From an uncultured Muribaculaceae bacterium (GTDB lineage Bacteria; Bacillota_I; Bacilli_A; RF39; UBA660), in the NCBI GenBank assembly GCA_964636965.1, contig CAZWST010000002.1, positions 12,344-76,343 on the forward strand: a stretch of DNA of 64,000 nt, in the 5' to 3' direction. A model generated the notes under the pieces. It saw only the letters and a list, made by a program, of their open reading frames with translations, made no database searches and was not told where the DNA came from. The position numbers and the translations under genes were made by a program. Position 1 is the stretch's first letter. Each line of letters opens with the position of its first letter. Positions 41,468 to 52,244 of the stretch are shown here, one piece after another.

Positions 41468-42064
41468 TTATTGTGTAACTCCTTTATAAAAGTCTTTTAT
41501 TTTAATATTTATTATTTTTATTTTTCCATAATGTATAGTATATTTATTGTTTTCCATCTGTCCTCTTGTATAGATACTATATCCTAGTCCAATAAATTTT
41601 TTTTCAATATAAGCAGCATTGTCATTTTGAATTTTATTAGATTTAGTTGTAATTGAAAATATAGGTTCTGAAAAATATTTAGTAACACAAATATAATCAA
41701 TTACATAAAAAGATATCCAAGCAATAAAAATACACAATATAACTTTTATCCATTTTGGAATTGTAAATTTTTTTTGAAATATTGATTTTGATTTTCTTAG
41801 TGTTTCAACTACTATTTCATTTTCACTCAAAATGTTTTTTGAATTAATATCAGTATTCCGTTCTCCTTTAAGTAGTTCTAAAACTGATATAGAAAATAAT
41901 TCTGCTATGGGAATCAATAACTCTATGTCAGGAAAACTTAGACCACGCTCCCATTTACTAACTGCTTTGTCGGTTACATAAATCTTATCGGCGAATTCCT
42001 GTTGTGTCCATCCTTTTTCTTTTCTTAATTGAAGAATAAGACTACCGAATTTTTTATTATCCAT
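41468..42064 (-). CDS. XRE-family HTH regulator with a membrane-spanning segment
   Basis: HTH region LRKEKGWTQQEFADKIYVTDKAVSKWERG, with a central TM helix. Confidence 0.75.
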   Translation of the reverse strand: MDNKKFGSLILQLRKEKGWTQQEFADKIYVTDKAVSKWERGLSFPDIELLIPIAELFSISVLELLKGERNTDINSKNILSENEIVVETLRKSKSIFQKKFTIPKWIKVILCIFIAWISFYVIDYICVTKYFSEPIFSITTKSNKIQNDNAAYIEKKFIGLGYSIYTRGQMENNKYTIHYGKIKIINIKIKDFYKGVTQ

Positions 42065-42340
42065 AAATTCATTCCTTTCTTTAAATTTATTATACTATAT
42101 AAACAACAAAAAATTTCTCTACTTTCAGTTTATTTTATAAAATAAGAATGACGATGATATAGACGATAATGAAGAAAGTCAAAATGTTAAAATTGAATCA
42201 TTAAAGAAGTTTAGCAAAAATGAATAAATTAAAATTCTAAAAGAAAAGTATATTTCAATACAAAGGTTTTAATTTTCTTGAATAAAATTTAATTCAATAT
42301 GCCAAGAATTATGATAAAATATTATTAGATTGGTGATTTT

Positions 42341-42865
42341 ATGGAACTTATAGATATTGTAGATAAAAATGGAATTCCAACTGGTGAAGTAATGGATAAA
42401 GATGATGTTCATAACAAAAATTTTTTACATAACGAAATTGGAGTATTTATAATAAATAATAATGGAGAGATTTTATTAGAGAAAAGAAGTCCTAACAAAA
42501 GATATAGTCCAAACAAATGGGGATTATGTGCTGGACATGTTGATACGGGTGAAACATTAATAGAAGCAGCTATTAGAGAAATACATGAGGAAATTGGAAT
42601 TGATGTTTTAGAAAGTGATCTAACACCTTTTGGAAACTTTGAAACATTTATAGACGATACTAACTCACATTTAACTCATTTTTATTATCTAAAATGTAAT
42701 AAAAAAGCTTCCGAGTTTATTACCCAAAAAGAAGAATTAACCGAAGTTAAATGGTTTAAAATAGATGATATTATAAACATGATAAACAATAATGATACAT
42801 CAACTGTATTTACTTCATCCCGTTTAAACTTATTTGAAGAATTAAAAAATATCACTTTAAAATAG
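42341..42865 (+). CDS. NUDIX hydrolase
   Basis: NUDIX box GHVDTGETLIEAAIREIHEEIGI. Confidence 0.8.
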   Translation: MELIDIVDKNGIPTGEVMDKDDVHNKNFLHNEIGVFIINNNGEILLEKRSPNKRYSPNKWGLCAGHVDTGETLIEAAIREIHEEIGIDVLESDLTPFGNFETFIDDTNSHLTHFYYLKCNKKASEFITQKEELTEVKWFKIDDIINMINNNDTSTVFTSSRLNLFEELKNITLK

Positions 42866-42877
42866 AAGTGATATTTT

Positions 42878-44488
42878 TTATGTTAAACTCTTATTTAATA
42901 AAGGTACTTCAAACTTATTATCTCTAAATTCAAATAGTAATGATATGGAAGATGCATTAACTAAATTTCTATCCATCGTGATAAATATCTTACCTTCAAC
43001 ATCACTATTGGCAACAACATTAGCTTTAATGCTATAGTCCCTATTAAATACTTTATATTTTACAGTACAATAATTTTCAAATATTTTATTATAAGTATTA
43101 AATGTTTTAGTAAATTTAGCATCATCATACATTGTTCCCTTATAATCAATTACTAGCATAGTTTCGCTATTGGATCTAACAGGTCTAATCACATTTGATA
43201 AAGGATTACAGGCATTTAAACTTTTACAAACAATATATCTATTATCAAATGAATCAAGAATAGAATATCCTGTAATAGTTAAATTGAAAGGATTTTGCGA
43301 TACAACATTTGTATTAATTGTTTCATTTATATTAGTTTTAATTAACGTTGAATCCTTATCAACTTCTGTCGTACTCACATCAAATTTTCTATATTTTGTT
43401 AAAACCTTACTTCCTGATGTATCAAGTCCATATTGAACTCGTAATGCAAAGTTTCTAGTATTCGTACTTCTTGGAATTTCAAAAGCAATTGTTGCGTCTT
43501 TACTTACCTGTGGAAAAAGCAAATCGCCTTCATTATATGGAGATCCAAAATCATAAAACTTTTGATTTCGCGTTAATACCGGATAATAAACAAGACTCCC
43601 GTTAGCTAATGTAATATTATCCAAATTTAAAGTTTTATTCTCAGTAGTGTTATTATATAAAGTCAAATCAACTACAACATATTTATAAATATCACTTAGT
43701 TCTATTCCATTAAAATCCTTAGTAGTCACATAACTATCTCTTACTGTATAAGCTATTCCATCAATTATATTTGTTTCTTCCTTTGAAGTTTTCTTTAAAT
43801 AAGTATTGTAATAATATACTCCGTATCCTGCAAAAAATAATAAGACGCCGCAAGCAAAAATACTAATACTAAATTTATTTTCAAGCACATAATATTTAAG
43901 TTCCCTTATCGTCCTTCTAATAAATCTAAAATATTTATAATTATTTTGCCCTATTAATACTTCAAATTCTGCAGAATCAACATCAGCAATCTCTAACTCC
44001 TCAACATCTTTACTAAAATTAAATTGTTTTAAATTAAATCCAATACCTCGAATAAAACAAATCCCCATTAAAAAATAATTGGGAAGTAAACATATTGTTG
44101 ATATATCTCTACCTAATATTAATTTATCAGACTCAACAACATTCTCTTGTAAAACTCCAAGTAGATTAAATTCATAGTAGAATAAAAATATTTGAACTAT
44201 TCCATAAATAATTAAAAATAAATATAACTTAGTTGGTTTTTTCTTTTCCCTTAGTAACCAAAACACTACTCCTGAAAGAAATAAAAAAATTAACAAAATA
44301 TAATATACACTTTTATTTATGTAAGCATCAGCACCAGCATAAATAAAAGTACTACTAGCTTGAAGAGATGCAAATAATTTATTTATATCTCTTGCTATCA
44401 TTAAAAGGTAAGCTAAACAAGCAAGCATCATTAAATGAATTAATCTAAAATGCTTAATAATAAACGCATAAGGTTTTTTTAAAATCAT
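42878..44488 (-). CDS. hypothetical membrane protein with a large beta-rich ectodomain (536 aa)
   Basis: About 6 N-terminal TM helices followed by a roughly 300-aa soluble region. Confidence 0.45.
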   Translation of the reverse strand: MILKKPYAFIIKHFRLIHLMMLACLAYLLMIARDINKLFASLQASSTFIYAGADAYINKSVYYILLIFLFLSGVVFWLLREKKKPTKLYLFLIIYGIVQIFLFYYEFNLLGVLQENVVESDKLILGRDISTICLLPNYFLMGICFIRGIGFNLKQFNFSKDVEELEIADVDSAEFEVLIGQNNYKYFRFIRRTIRELKYYVLENKFSISIFACGVLLFFAGYGVYYYNTYLKKTSKEETNIIDGIAYTVRDSYVTTKDFNGIELSDIYKYVVVDLTLYNNTTENKTLNLDNITLANGSLVYYPVLTRNQKFYDFGSPYNEGDLLFPQVSKDATIAFEIPRSTNTRNFALRVQYGLDTSGSKVLTKYRKFDVSTTEVDKDSTLIKTNINETINTNVVSQNPFNLTITGYSILDSFDNRYIVCKSLNACNPLSNVIRPVRSNSETMLVIDYKGTMYDDAKFTKTFNTYNKIFENYCTVKYKVFNRDYSIKANVVANSDVEGKIFITMDRNLVNASSISLLFEFRDNKFEVPLLNKSLT

Positions 44489-44554
44489 TAAATGACACCT
44501 CCCTATTATTCACATAAATTATAACATAAAAAAAAGAAAAAATATATTACTACA

Positions 44555-44878
44555 TTAATTCTTTTTATTTACGAGCATCTGTCCTTCAAGCAAATAAATT
44601 GTCTTATTATCATCTAATAATTTTTTAGTTGATACATTAAATGTCTTACTTACCATATCAATAGTATCACCATCTTTAGTTATATAATAACTATAGCTTT
44701 TATTAGGAACTAATAATACTTGTCCAGGATATATATAATCATTTAGATCAAGCCCATTTAAACTAGCTAATAAATTTGGATTAATATTATACTTTTTACT
44801 TATTTGGTAAAGATTATCTCCTTTATCAATTGTATAATAATCAAAGTAGGTTTCTTTATTTAAATCTCTAAAATACAT
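44555..44878 (-). CDS. LysM-repeat protein (two LysM domains)
   Basis: YTIDKGDNLYQISKKYNINPNLLASLNGL...PGQVLLVP and YITKDGDTIDMVSKTFNV. The ATG at 44878 follows the RBS AGGAG. Confidence 0.72.
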   Translation of the reverse strand: MYFRDLNKETYFDYYTIDKGDNLYQISKKYNINPNLLASLNGLDLNDYIYPGQVLLVPNKSYSYYITKDGDTIDMVSKTFNVSTKKLLDDNKTIYLLEGQMLVNKKN

Positions 44879-44925
44879 ACACTTCACTCCTACTATAGAG
44901 TATGTATTTTTGACTAATATGTTAA

Positions 44926-45999
44926 TTAAAAAATAAATATTTTATTGCTAAATGAGAAATTCCATTCAAAATAACTTAATAATTTAGTCTTACCAGAATT
45001 AGTATTATATTTATATAAAGTATCTCCCTTTAAATAAAAGGCATCACTTCCATTAATTAATACATAAGCACTAATATTATCATGATCAAATAAGATTTTT
45101 TTATTACTATTAATATAATTATAATAGACATTATTATCCTTAATAGAATAATTAACTAAATTAGTGTGTTCAAAATTAGTATTATTATATACTAGTTTAT
45201 TTATACCAATAAGATCCCATTTATCTTTATATATTAAAGCTGCCTCTGCATCACTTGTTGTATTTATAGTTTTCTTATCAATATTAATTTTATACTGAAT
45301 TTTATTCTTTTTATCAAATAAATAAATATTGTTATCCATATCTCCCATAAAATATGAATTAAAAGATATCTTGTCTTCAAAATTCCACTCAGAAATAGAT
45401 TTATCTTCACTATTAAATATATAGAATTTACTAAACTCACGTGTTGCATCATAATCACCAATAATTAAATATTTACCTAATTGATAAGATAAATTATTAT
45501 CATACGACTCTTTTTTTAAAAAATTATATTTTTCATCACTAATTATATTAGTTAAACCATATCCATTCCAAATATAGTAATTATAATCATCATTATAAAT
45601 ATTTATCTTATTTACAGTTTTAATTGGGGTACTTGCATCACTATTATCATTTAATAAAGAATACCCATCAACATACTTGCTACCATCACTACAGATATAT
45701 TGAGTATTATAATCAAACACTTTTATACTTACACATTTATAATTATTCTTATCTTCTTCATTTAATTTATTAATGATTTTTCTTTTTTTAGAATATTTAT
45801 GTTCAATAACAAAGTCATAAGAATATTTATCTTTTTCTAAAGTAAAATAGTAATTGCCTTCTTCTTTTACATATTTTTCATTAATATTAAATCCATTATA
45901 TTCATAATTCACTTCATAATCTTTAGTCCTAAAAGAGAAGAATAAGAATAAAACTATAAGTAGTATTACAAATACACAAAAACCGATTAATCTTTTCAT
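44926..45999 (-). CDS. hypothetical membrane-anchored protein, Tyr/Asn-rich beta ectodomain (357 aa)
   Basis: N-terminal TM segment, then repetitive beta-strand-like sequence. Confidence 0.45.
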   Translation of the reverse strand: MKRLIGFCVFVILLIVLFLFFSFRTKDYEVNYEYNGFNINEKYVKEEGNYYFTLEKDKYSYDFVIEHKYSKKRKIINKLNEEDKNNYKCVSIKVFDYNTQYICSDGSKYVDGYSLLNDNSDASTPIKTVNKINIYNDDYNYYIWNGYGLTNIISDEKYNFLKKESYDNNLSYQLGKYLIIGDYDATREFSKFYIFNSEDKSISEWNFEDKISFNSYFMGDMDNNIYLFDKKNKIQYKINIDKKTINTTSDAEAALIYKDKWDLIGINKLVYNNTNFEHTNLVNYSIKDNNVYYNYINSNKKILFDHDNISAYVLINGSDAFYLKGDTLYKYNTNSGKTKLLSYFEWNFSFSNKIFIF

Positions 46000-46028
46000 A
46001 GTTACCTCCTACATAAGAAAAATGAATC

Positions 46029-46499
46029 CTATGATTCATTTTCTGGTGAATTATTATATTGTTTTTTTGCATCAGACATGAACATAGTAATAGAAGTTTC
46101 AATCTCTGGTAAACTATCCTTATCTAAATCTGAAACATATATTTTTTCTTTAACTGTGTCAATACATAAAGTCCCCCAGAAGATACCACAATCAACTTGC
46201 ATATCATTATATAAATCAGGTGTAATAGACGAAAACTTATATCCTACTAAAAGTCTATTTTGTGCAACTAAAATTCTCTTATTTGTAATAGCAAGAACCC
46301 CAGTATTAAAAAACGAAAATGGTTCTTGATCTAATTGTCCTGCAATTATAAAATCAACAGATTCACCTGGATTTAAATGTTTATCAATTATTTCACAATG
46401 TTTTTTTAATCTAAACCAAGTAACACAATGGGGAAACTTAGCTTTAAATGCTTTTAACTTTTCATAACAGCCTTCATTCATAATTCTACTCCTTAACAA
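46029..46499 (-). CDS. bacterial PH-domain (YokE-like) protein
   Basis: GVLAITNKRILVAQNRLLVGYKFSSI...WGTLCIDT resembles bPH domains. Confidence 0.45.
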   Translation of the reverse strand: MLRSRIMNEGCYEKLKAFKAKFPHCVTWFRLKKHCEIIDKHLNPGESVDFIIAGQLDQEPFSFFNTGVLAITNKRILVAQNRLLVGYKFSSITPDLYNDMQVDCGIFWGTLCIDTVKEKIYVSDLDKDSLPEIETSITMFMSDAKKQYNNSPENES

Positions 46500-47289
46500 T
46501 TTTATATTGTTTTAACATATCCAAAACATTATCCTCTGTAACATAGCCTTTTATACAATCTACAAACTTTCCTTCTTTTGTAATAATTGTCATAGGTTTA
46601 GGAAATGATTTATTCATACTTGTTGAATATCCTGTAGTATTACATTTTGCAGGTATTTCAAAATCAAGTGCCATTATTTTTTCATATTCATCTTCGTCAT
46701 ATTCATCACGATTAAAATAATAAATATTCAAATTCTTTTCTTTTGCAATTTTATTAATGATTAATAAATATAAATCACAATAAGTACAATCTTTTTTACC
46801 AAATACAGCAACAGTGTAATCTTTGCTATTAACTTTCTTAATATATTGATCAGCTGTTGATAAAGTTTGATAAGCTCTTTCGCTCTCAGGAATAATGTTG
46901 TATAAATGTTTTTCTATTAATTCGATAATTTTATTATCATCACTTGCATCAACTACCTCAACAGGTTCTCCATTCATAAATAGAATAAATACATTATCAG
47001 TTGAGGAAGATAATTCATAATCATCTAACAGACTATTAATATCAGATAAAGTCATTTCAGTTACATAACCCTGAATACGATATTCCTTATTATAAGATTT
47101 CATCTTTTTTCTAATAGATGGAGTTAATTTTTTTGTATAAAGTAACGAAGCTCCAGATTTATCTATTTCTGATAAAACATTTTTATTTTCAATTTCAATA
47201 ATAGTAAAAGCTTTTTTAGATATTAAAAGTACAAGTAAAAGTACAACTATAATGGCAAATGTAACAATTAATAATACGTTCTTTTTCAC
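46486..47289 (-). CDS. membrane-anchored thioredoxin-fold protein
   Basis: N-terminal TM segment and a CxxC motif (KKDCTYCDLY). Confidence 0.5.
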   Translation of the reverse strand: MKKNVLLIVTFAIIVVLLLVLLISKKAFTIIEIENKNVLSEIDKSGASLLYTKKLTPSIRKKMKSYNKEYRIQGYVTEMTLSDINSLLDDYELSSSTDNVFILFMNGEPVEVVDASDDNKIIELIEKHLYNIIPESERAYQTLSTADQYIKKVNSKDYTVAVFGKKDCTYCDLYLLIINKIAKEKNLNIYYFNRDEYDEDEYEKIMALDFEIPAKCNTTGYSTSMNKSFPKPMTIITKEGKFVDCIKGYVTEDNVLDMLKQYKIVKE

Positions 47290-47336
47290 GATGTTCCTCC
47301 TTTAATTATTTTATAATAATTATACAAAAATAGCAA

Positions 47337-48212
47337 TTAACTATTAATATAATTAATACAGTTTGTAGCAGCTAATACTCCATCACTAGATGCCGTAATA
47401 AGCTGACGCACATTTTTTTCTCTAATATCTCCTGCAACAAATATATTTGGCACATTAGTTTTTGTATCACTACTAATAACAAAACCAGATTCATCACACT
47501 CAATTATGTCATCCAAATATTTACTTTCAGGTATTAATCCAATTGCAACAAATAAACCAGATACATCTAATTTATCTCCATTATCAAGCTCAATAGATGA
47601 AAGTGTATTTTCACCAAAAAGTTTATTTATATTTCTGTTTAATACTAATTCTATGTTTGATTTACTTTTAACTTTTTCCAAAGTATGAGCACTACCTCTA
47701 AAATCACTTCTTCTATGAATTAAATAAACTTTATTTGCAATATTTGATAAATAAAGTGCATCTTCTAAAGCTGTATTACCTCCACCTACAACGGCTACAT
47801 CTTTATTCCTAAAAAAAGCTCCATCACAAGTAGCACAAAATGAAACACCAGAACCTATAAAATATTCTTCTATTCCTAAAGTTCTTCTTGAAAGTCCACT
47901 AGCAATTATTGCAGTTTTAAAACCATATTCACTATGACTAGTTGTAACCTTATCTCTATCTAGCTTAACTGCTTCATCATCAACAATTTCTACTCCTAAA
48001 TCAATAACTTGTGATTTAATATTTTCAATTAAATCATAACCACTAATAGATTTAAACCCCGGATAATTTTCAACATTAAGAGAATTTACAATTTGGCCAC
48101 CAACTTGACCTTTTTCAATTATTAAAGTGTTTAGTCCAGCACGAGCAGTATAAATTGCTGCAGTAAGCCCTGCAATACCTCCACCTATAATTACACAATC
48201 ATAAGTATTCAT
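47337..48212 (-). CDS. trxB: thioredoxin-disulfide reductase
   Basis: YDCVIIGGGIAG, redox-active CATCDG, and GGGNTALEDA. The start is at the second ATG (48212). Confidence 0.9.
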   Translation of the reverse strand: MNTYDCVIIGGGIAGLTAAIYTARAGLNTLIIEKGQVGGQIVNSLNVENYPGFKSISGYDLIENIKSQVIDLGVEIVDDEAVKLDRDKVTTSHSEYGFKTAIIASGLSRRTLGIEEYFIGSGVSFCATCDGAFFRNKDVAVVGGGNTALEDALYLSNIANKVYLIHRRSDFRGSAHTLEKVKSKSNIELVLNRNINKLFGENTLSSIELDNGDKLDVSGLFVAIGLIPESKYLDDIIECDESGFVISSDTKTNVPNIFVAGDIREKNVRQLITASSDGVLAATNCINYINS

Positions 48213-48279
48213 ATCATCACCTAAATTCATTATATCATTATTCTGTGAAAATCTTTAGAAAACTATCAAGATTTAATTG

Positions 48280-48897
48280 TTAATAATTTCTTAAAGAAGC
48301 CCCAATAGTAAATTCATCATCTGGTATTATTCCCTCAATTGCTAGATGTTTTAACTTAACAACTTGTTCAACTGCAATATTTCTATATACACTATTACTA
48401 ATTAATACGTCATAGGAAAATGCTGATTCATCGGGATAATCATAAATTAAATCCAATCCAGAATTAATCTGTTTAAACATTCCCGATAACTTTTTAATAT
48501 GAAATTGATTAGAAACGAGTAATATTTTTTTATCAATTAAATCTTTTTCTTTTAATATCTGAATACAATTTATAACATTTTCTAGTGAATTTTTTGATTT
48601 GTTTTCAACAATGATATTATTAGTCACACCATTTTCTTTTAAAAATGAAGACATATAAACTGACTCATCAAAATCTCCTTTTTCGCCAACTCCACCAGAT
48701 AATATAATCATACTAACTCTCTTACTTTTTAAAACATTTAATGCTTTTAATAATCTTTCATCCAATAACTGTTTTATATGGCAACCAAAAATTATCATTA
48801 CATCTGCATAATCATAGTTAGTCTTTACTTCACTAAATAATACACTACGTATTATTTCATCAGTAATATTGTTTTCATCTAATTCACTTAATTTCAT
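48280..48897 (-). CDS. YdcF/DUF218-family protein
   Basis: The layout is typical of the family (ILSGG...S.NS.EN). The start is at the ATG at 48897, after AGGTGA. Confidence 0.6.
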   Translation of the reverse strand: MKLSELDENNITDEIIRSVLFSEVKTNYDYADVMIIFGCHIKQLLDERLLKALNVLKSKRVSMIILSGGVGEKGDFDESVYMSSFLKENGVTNNIIVENKSKNSLENVINCIQILKEKDLIDKKILLVSNQFHIKKLSGMFKQINSGLDLIYDYPDESAFSYDVLISNSVYRNIAVEQVVKLKHLAIEGIIPDDEFTIGASLRNY

Positions 48898-48970
48898 AAT
48901 GATCACCTAAATATATTATATCATAATGTTCAATTTGAATAAAAATGTTATAATAATTTTAGGTGATTAT

Positions 48971-49855
48971 ATGAAAAGTTATAAAATAAGCTCATTAGAA
49001 AACTATATAAAAGATACAAGCATAGTTAATATAAGTAATTCATTTAAAATACGTATGAATAATGAAGAGCTTAATGATTATAATAATCATTTATATGACA
49101 TAAGAATAAAAGCTATGAAAGAAAGAATAGATAAAATTAAATCTTTAGACATTAAATATCCATATAACTCCAATCCTACATTTTATCTTTATATAGTCCC
49201 AAAAGAAAATTTTAGAGAACTATTAGATTTCCCATCTTATATAAAATCTGAATGGGGAGGAAAACCTGTTAGAAGTTTTGATATAGACGGATTTAAAGAT
49301 GCTTATGCTCAAAGTAATAATATACTTTTATGGAATCATCCTGTATCAATAAATGAAGATGCCAATAGTGTTCATGAACTTGCTCATTTAGTTCATGGAA
49401 TGTTTTTTAATAATACAAAATTTTTATGTGAAGGATTTGCTGATGCAATAACATTTTATATACTTGACTATGAAAAAGAAGTTGATGGATATAAAGAATT
49501 ATTATTAAACATAAAAGAGGAAGATATTTTAAATGCTAATCAATTAATTGAAGCCGAAGATAATAATACATTTAATTCAATTCCTTTAGTTCCCAATAAA
49601 TGGTGTTCATTTTCAAAATACTATATATCATCATACTTATTTGTACGATCTTGTATTGAGAAAATAGAAAAAGATAAAGGACTCACTAAAAAAGAGGCAT
49701 TACAAGAATTACTAAATATTATGTACAATAATCATTCTATAAAACAATATCAAGTATTTAGAATAGCTGATGAACTAAATATAGATAAAGATACACTTCT
49801 TAATAGTATAGAATTACAAATTAAAACACTTAACAAGATAAAAGGAACTAACTAA
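48971..49855 (+). CDS. hypothetical protein with HExxH zinc-peptidase motif
   Basis: Contains HELAHLVH. The start is at the ATG at 48971, after AGGTGA. Confidence 0.45.
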   Translation: MKSYKISSLENYIKDTSIVNISNSFKIRMNNEELNDYNNHLYDIRIKAMKERIDKIKSLDIKYPYNSNPTFYLYIVPKENFRELLDFPSYIKSEWGGKPVRSFDIDGFKDAYAQSNNILLWNHPVSINEDANSVHELAHLVHGMFFNNTKFLCEGFADAITFYILDYEKEVDGYKELLLNIKEEDILNANQLIEAEDNNTFNSIPLVPNKWCSFSKYYISSYLFVRSCIEKIEKDKGLTKKEALQELLNIMYNNHSIKQYQVFRIADELNIDKDTLLNSIELQIKTLNKIKGTN

Positions 49856-50541
49856 GTAGTTCCTTTTCTTATATTTTCATTTTCCTTTATTATTTGATCA
49901 ATATTAAATTTTTCTTTTAAAATTCTTACTTCTTCGTTAAATGCATCTATATAAAAAGGTTGAATAAGTTCCATATTTGTTTCAATTGTTTCAAGCAATA
50001 TTGGTAATAAAAATAAATCATCACCTAAATCACTTCTAACCGGACACTCTTGATGAATAAAATTAATTGTTGATTCTTTATTATTAACTTTTCTAATTTT
50101 GGGGTTTTCAATCATACAAAACAAACATTCTTCAAAAACAAGACCCAAAGATGTATCATAAACCCACTTGCTTCCATCAACTAATGTTCTTTCAATATAG
50201 CAGTGTTCTCCATATAAATCATCTATTTTTCCACTACGATAATCATCAATATTCTTAATATCATAATTCAAACTATTAACCTTAGCATCTATACATATAA
50301 AGTCGTCATCTAAAAATCCATAGGCTGATAAAGGAGCTCGATAATAACAAAAGCCATCACAAAAGTTCTTTAATAAAAATAAAAGGGATAAAGGAATCGG
50401 CCCATAATAAATATTTCTAAGACTACTTAAAAAACTAGTGTCATAAGATAATATCCTCTTTGTTTTTATTCCGTACCAAAATAAAATATCTCTTTTTATT
50501 TGAAATAAATTCCAACGCATACGTTCACGTAAAGTAGCCAT
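49852..50541 (-). CDS. hypothetical protein with Cys...His...Asp papain-like signature (229 aa)
   Basis: FCDGFCYY ... GEHCYIER ... KWVYDTS. Compare ORF 32016..32600. Confidence 0.4.
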   Translation of the reverse strand: MATLRERMRWNLFQIKRDILFWYGIKTKRILSYDTSFLSSLRNIYYGPIPLSLLFLLKNFCDGFCYYRAPLSAYGFLDDDFICIDAKVNSLNYDIKNIDDYRSGKIDDLYGEHCYIERTLVDGSKWVYDTSLGLVFEECLFCMIENPKIRKVNNKESTINFIHQECPVRSDLGDDLFLLPILLETIETNMELIQPFYIDAFNEEVRILKEKFNIDQIIKENENIRKGTT

Positions 50542-50656
50542 AATATCCCCCCAAAAATAAATTGGTTATATTTTAACACTTTTTTTAATATTACACAAAT
50601 ACACATCCTCCTTAAAAATAATATAATATGTTATAATGTTGATATGGAGGAGTTAT

Positions 50657-51073
50657 ATGATAAAAGAATTTAAAGAATTTATTTCAAGGGGTAATGTTGT
50701 TGATTTAGCAGTAGGTGTTATCATCGGAGGAGCATTTTCTACAATTGTATCTTCATTAGTTAATGATATCTTAATGCCAATAATTGGAATGATTTTAGGA
50801 GGTATTAATTTTTCTAATTTATCTATCACTATTGGAGAAGCAAAAATAATGTATGGTTCATTTATCCAAAACATAATTGACTTCTTGATTGTTGCATTCT
50901 GTGTATTTATATTTGTTAAATTTATAAATGAATTATCACGTATAGGTCATAGAAAGAATAAAAAAGAGGAAGAAAAAGTAGAAGTTGTTGAAACAGAACT
51001 TGACGTGTTAAAAGATATAAGAAATCAATTAAAAGAAAAACCAACAAGAAAGACAAAAAAGGCTGATAAATAA
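50657..51073 (+). CDS. mscL: large-conductance mechanosensitive channel
   Basis: [27 protein letters not shown]. The start is at the ATG at 50657, after GGAGGAG. Confidence 0.92.
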   Translation: MIKEFKEFISRGNVVDLAVGVIIGGAFSTIVSSLVNDILMPIIGMILGGINFSNLSITIGEAKIMYGSFIQNIIDFLIVAFCVFIFVKFINELSRIGHRKNKKEEEKVEVVETELDVLKDIRNQLKEKPTRKTKKADK

Positions 51074-51087
51074 TAATTATCAGTCTT

Positions 51088-51579
51088 TTAATTTAAAGTT
51101 CTTTTCTTTTCATACATGGCATCTCTAACTAATGGATCAACATAAGAATCTATCTTTTTATCTAAATAGAAGGCTTCTTTTACAGCTGTTGATGATATAA
51201 ATTGATAGTCTTTATCAGCAAATAAAAATATAGTATTCATATTTCCATCAGAGAAATCTTTATTAAGTTGTCTTAGTTGTACCTCATAATCATAATCACT
51301 AAGCCCTCTAAGCCCACGCACAATTGCATCGCATTCATACAACAAAGCTAAGTCAACTGTTGCACCACTACCCATAACTACTTTAACTTTTTCATTATAT
51401 TCATATAATTTTTGAATTAACTTTAGTCTTTCTTCAAACGTAAAGAAAGGCGTTTTTTTACTCGGATTGCTCATAATAGCGATAATTACTTCATCAAATA
51501 ATTCACTAGCTTGATCAACAATATTCATGTGTCCTTTCGTAATTGGATCAAAACTTCCTGGATATATAACTCTTTTCAT
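51088..51579 (-). CDS. coaD: phosphopantetheine adenylyltransferase
   Basis: VIYPGSFDPITKGHMNIV and ISSTAVKE. Confidence 0.92.
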   Translation of the reverse strand: MKRVIYPGSFDPITKGHMNIVDQASELFDEVIIAIMSNPSKKTPFFTFEERLKLIQKLYEYNEKVKVVMGSGATVDLALLYECDAIVRGLRGLSDYDYEVQLRQLNKDFSDGNMNTIFLFADKDYQFISSTAVKEAFYLDKKIDSYVDPLVRDAMYEKKRTLN

Positions 51580-52133
51580 AATAATCTCATAACTCCTTTT
51601 ATTGATTCTTTTTCATTGTCTTTTAAAACAATGTCAAAGTCATTTTCATCGTATTCTATACTTGAATCATCTCTTAATTTAAATTCCTCTTCTGTAATAC
51701 CATCTCTTTTTAAAGCACGATTTAATCTAATCTCATATGGTATATCAAATAAAACCTTTAAATCACACATATTTGCAAATTTAGTTTTAGGTAAAAGCAA
51801 CCAGTCAAGAATAATGATTTTTCCATTATTTAAATTAATAAATTCATCAATTAAATTTTCCATATAAGACCATGTAATTTCTGTAAGTTTGCTCATCTCA
51901 TCACGTGATGTAAAAACAATATCTCCAAGCTTTTTCCTACTAACTAATCCCTCATTAAGTATCGAAGGCCCAAAGCAATTTACAAGTTCAGCTTGCACTT
52001 CAGGTATTTCTAAAACTTTATGTCCTATCTTGTCTATTTCTAAATATGCAGATTTATCTTTATATACTTCAATCAAATAATTAGAAAGTGTACTTTTCCC
52101 CGAACATGATTTACCACATATACCTATTATCAT
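51576..52133 (-). CDS. coaE: dephospho-CoA kinase-like P-loop kinase
   Basis: P-loop GICGKSCSGKST. The pattern D.IGH.VL......L...FG..IL.....SRKKLG.IVF is CoaE-like. There is a 4-nt overlap with coaD. Confidence 0.65.
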   Translation of the reverse strand: MIIGICGKSCSGKSTLSNYLIEVYKDKSAYLEIDKIGHKVLEIPEVQAELVNCFGPSILNEGLVSRKKLGDIVFTSRDEMSKLTEITWSYMENLIDEFINLNNGKIIILDWLLLPKTKFANMCDLKVLFDIPYEIRLNRALKRDGITEEEFKLRDDSSIEYDENDFDIVLKDNEKESIKGVMRLL

Positions 52134-52244
52134 ATTATTCCTCCTTGTCTGAAATTAGTATACGAGGAAATTAGACATAAATAAAATACATATATGTCAT
52201 ATCTATTAATAACCACTAGTTATATTAAAACAATAAAAAAAGAC

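Noticed and set aside
41285-42064. tRNA-Cys followed by an XRE regulator, considered as a prophage or integrative-element border.
   Set aside because: There is no integrase, no phage genes and no repeat of the tRNA 3' end. The XRE protein has a TM segment and looks like a chromosomal membrane-bound regulator.
42144-42227. A possible gene remnant (+) that reads NKNDDDIDDNEESQNVKIESLKKFSKNE-stop.
   Set aside because: It is only 27 codons, has no start codon and has a stop directly upstream. It cannot be distinguished from chance.
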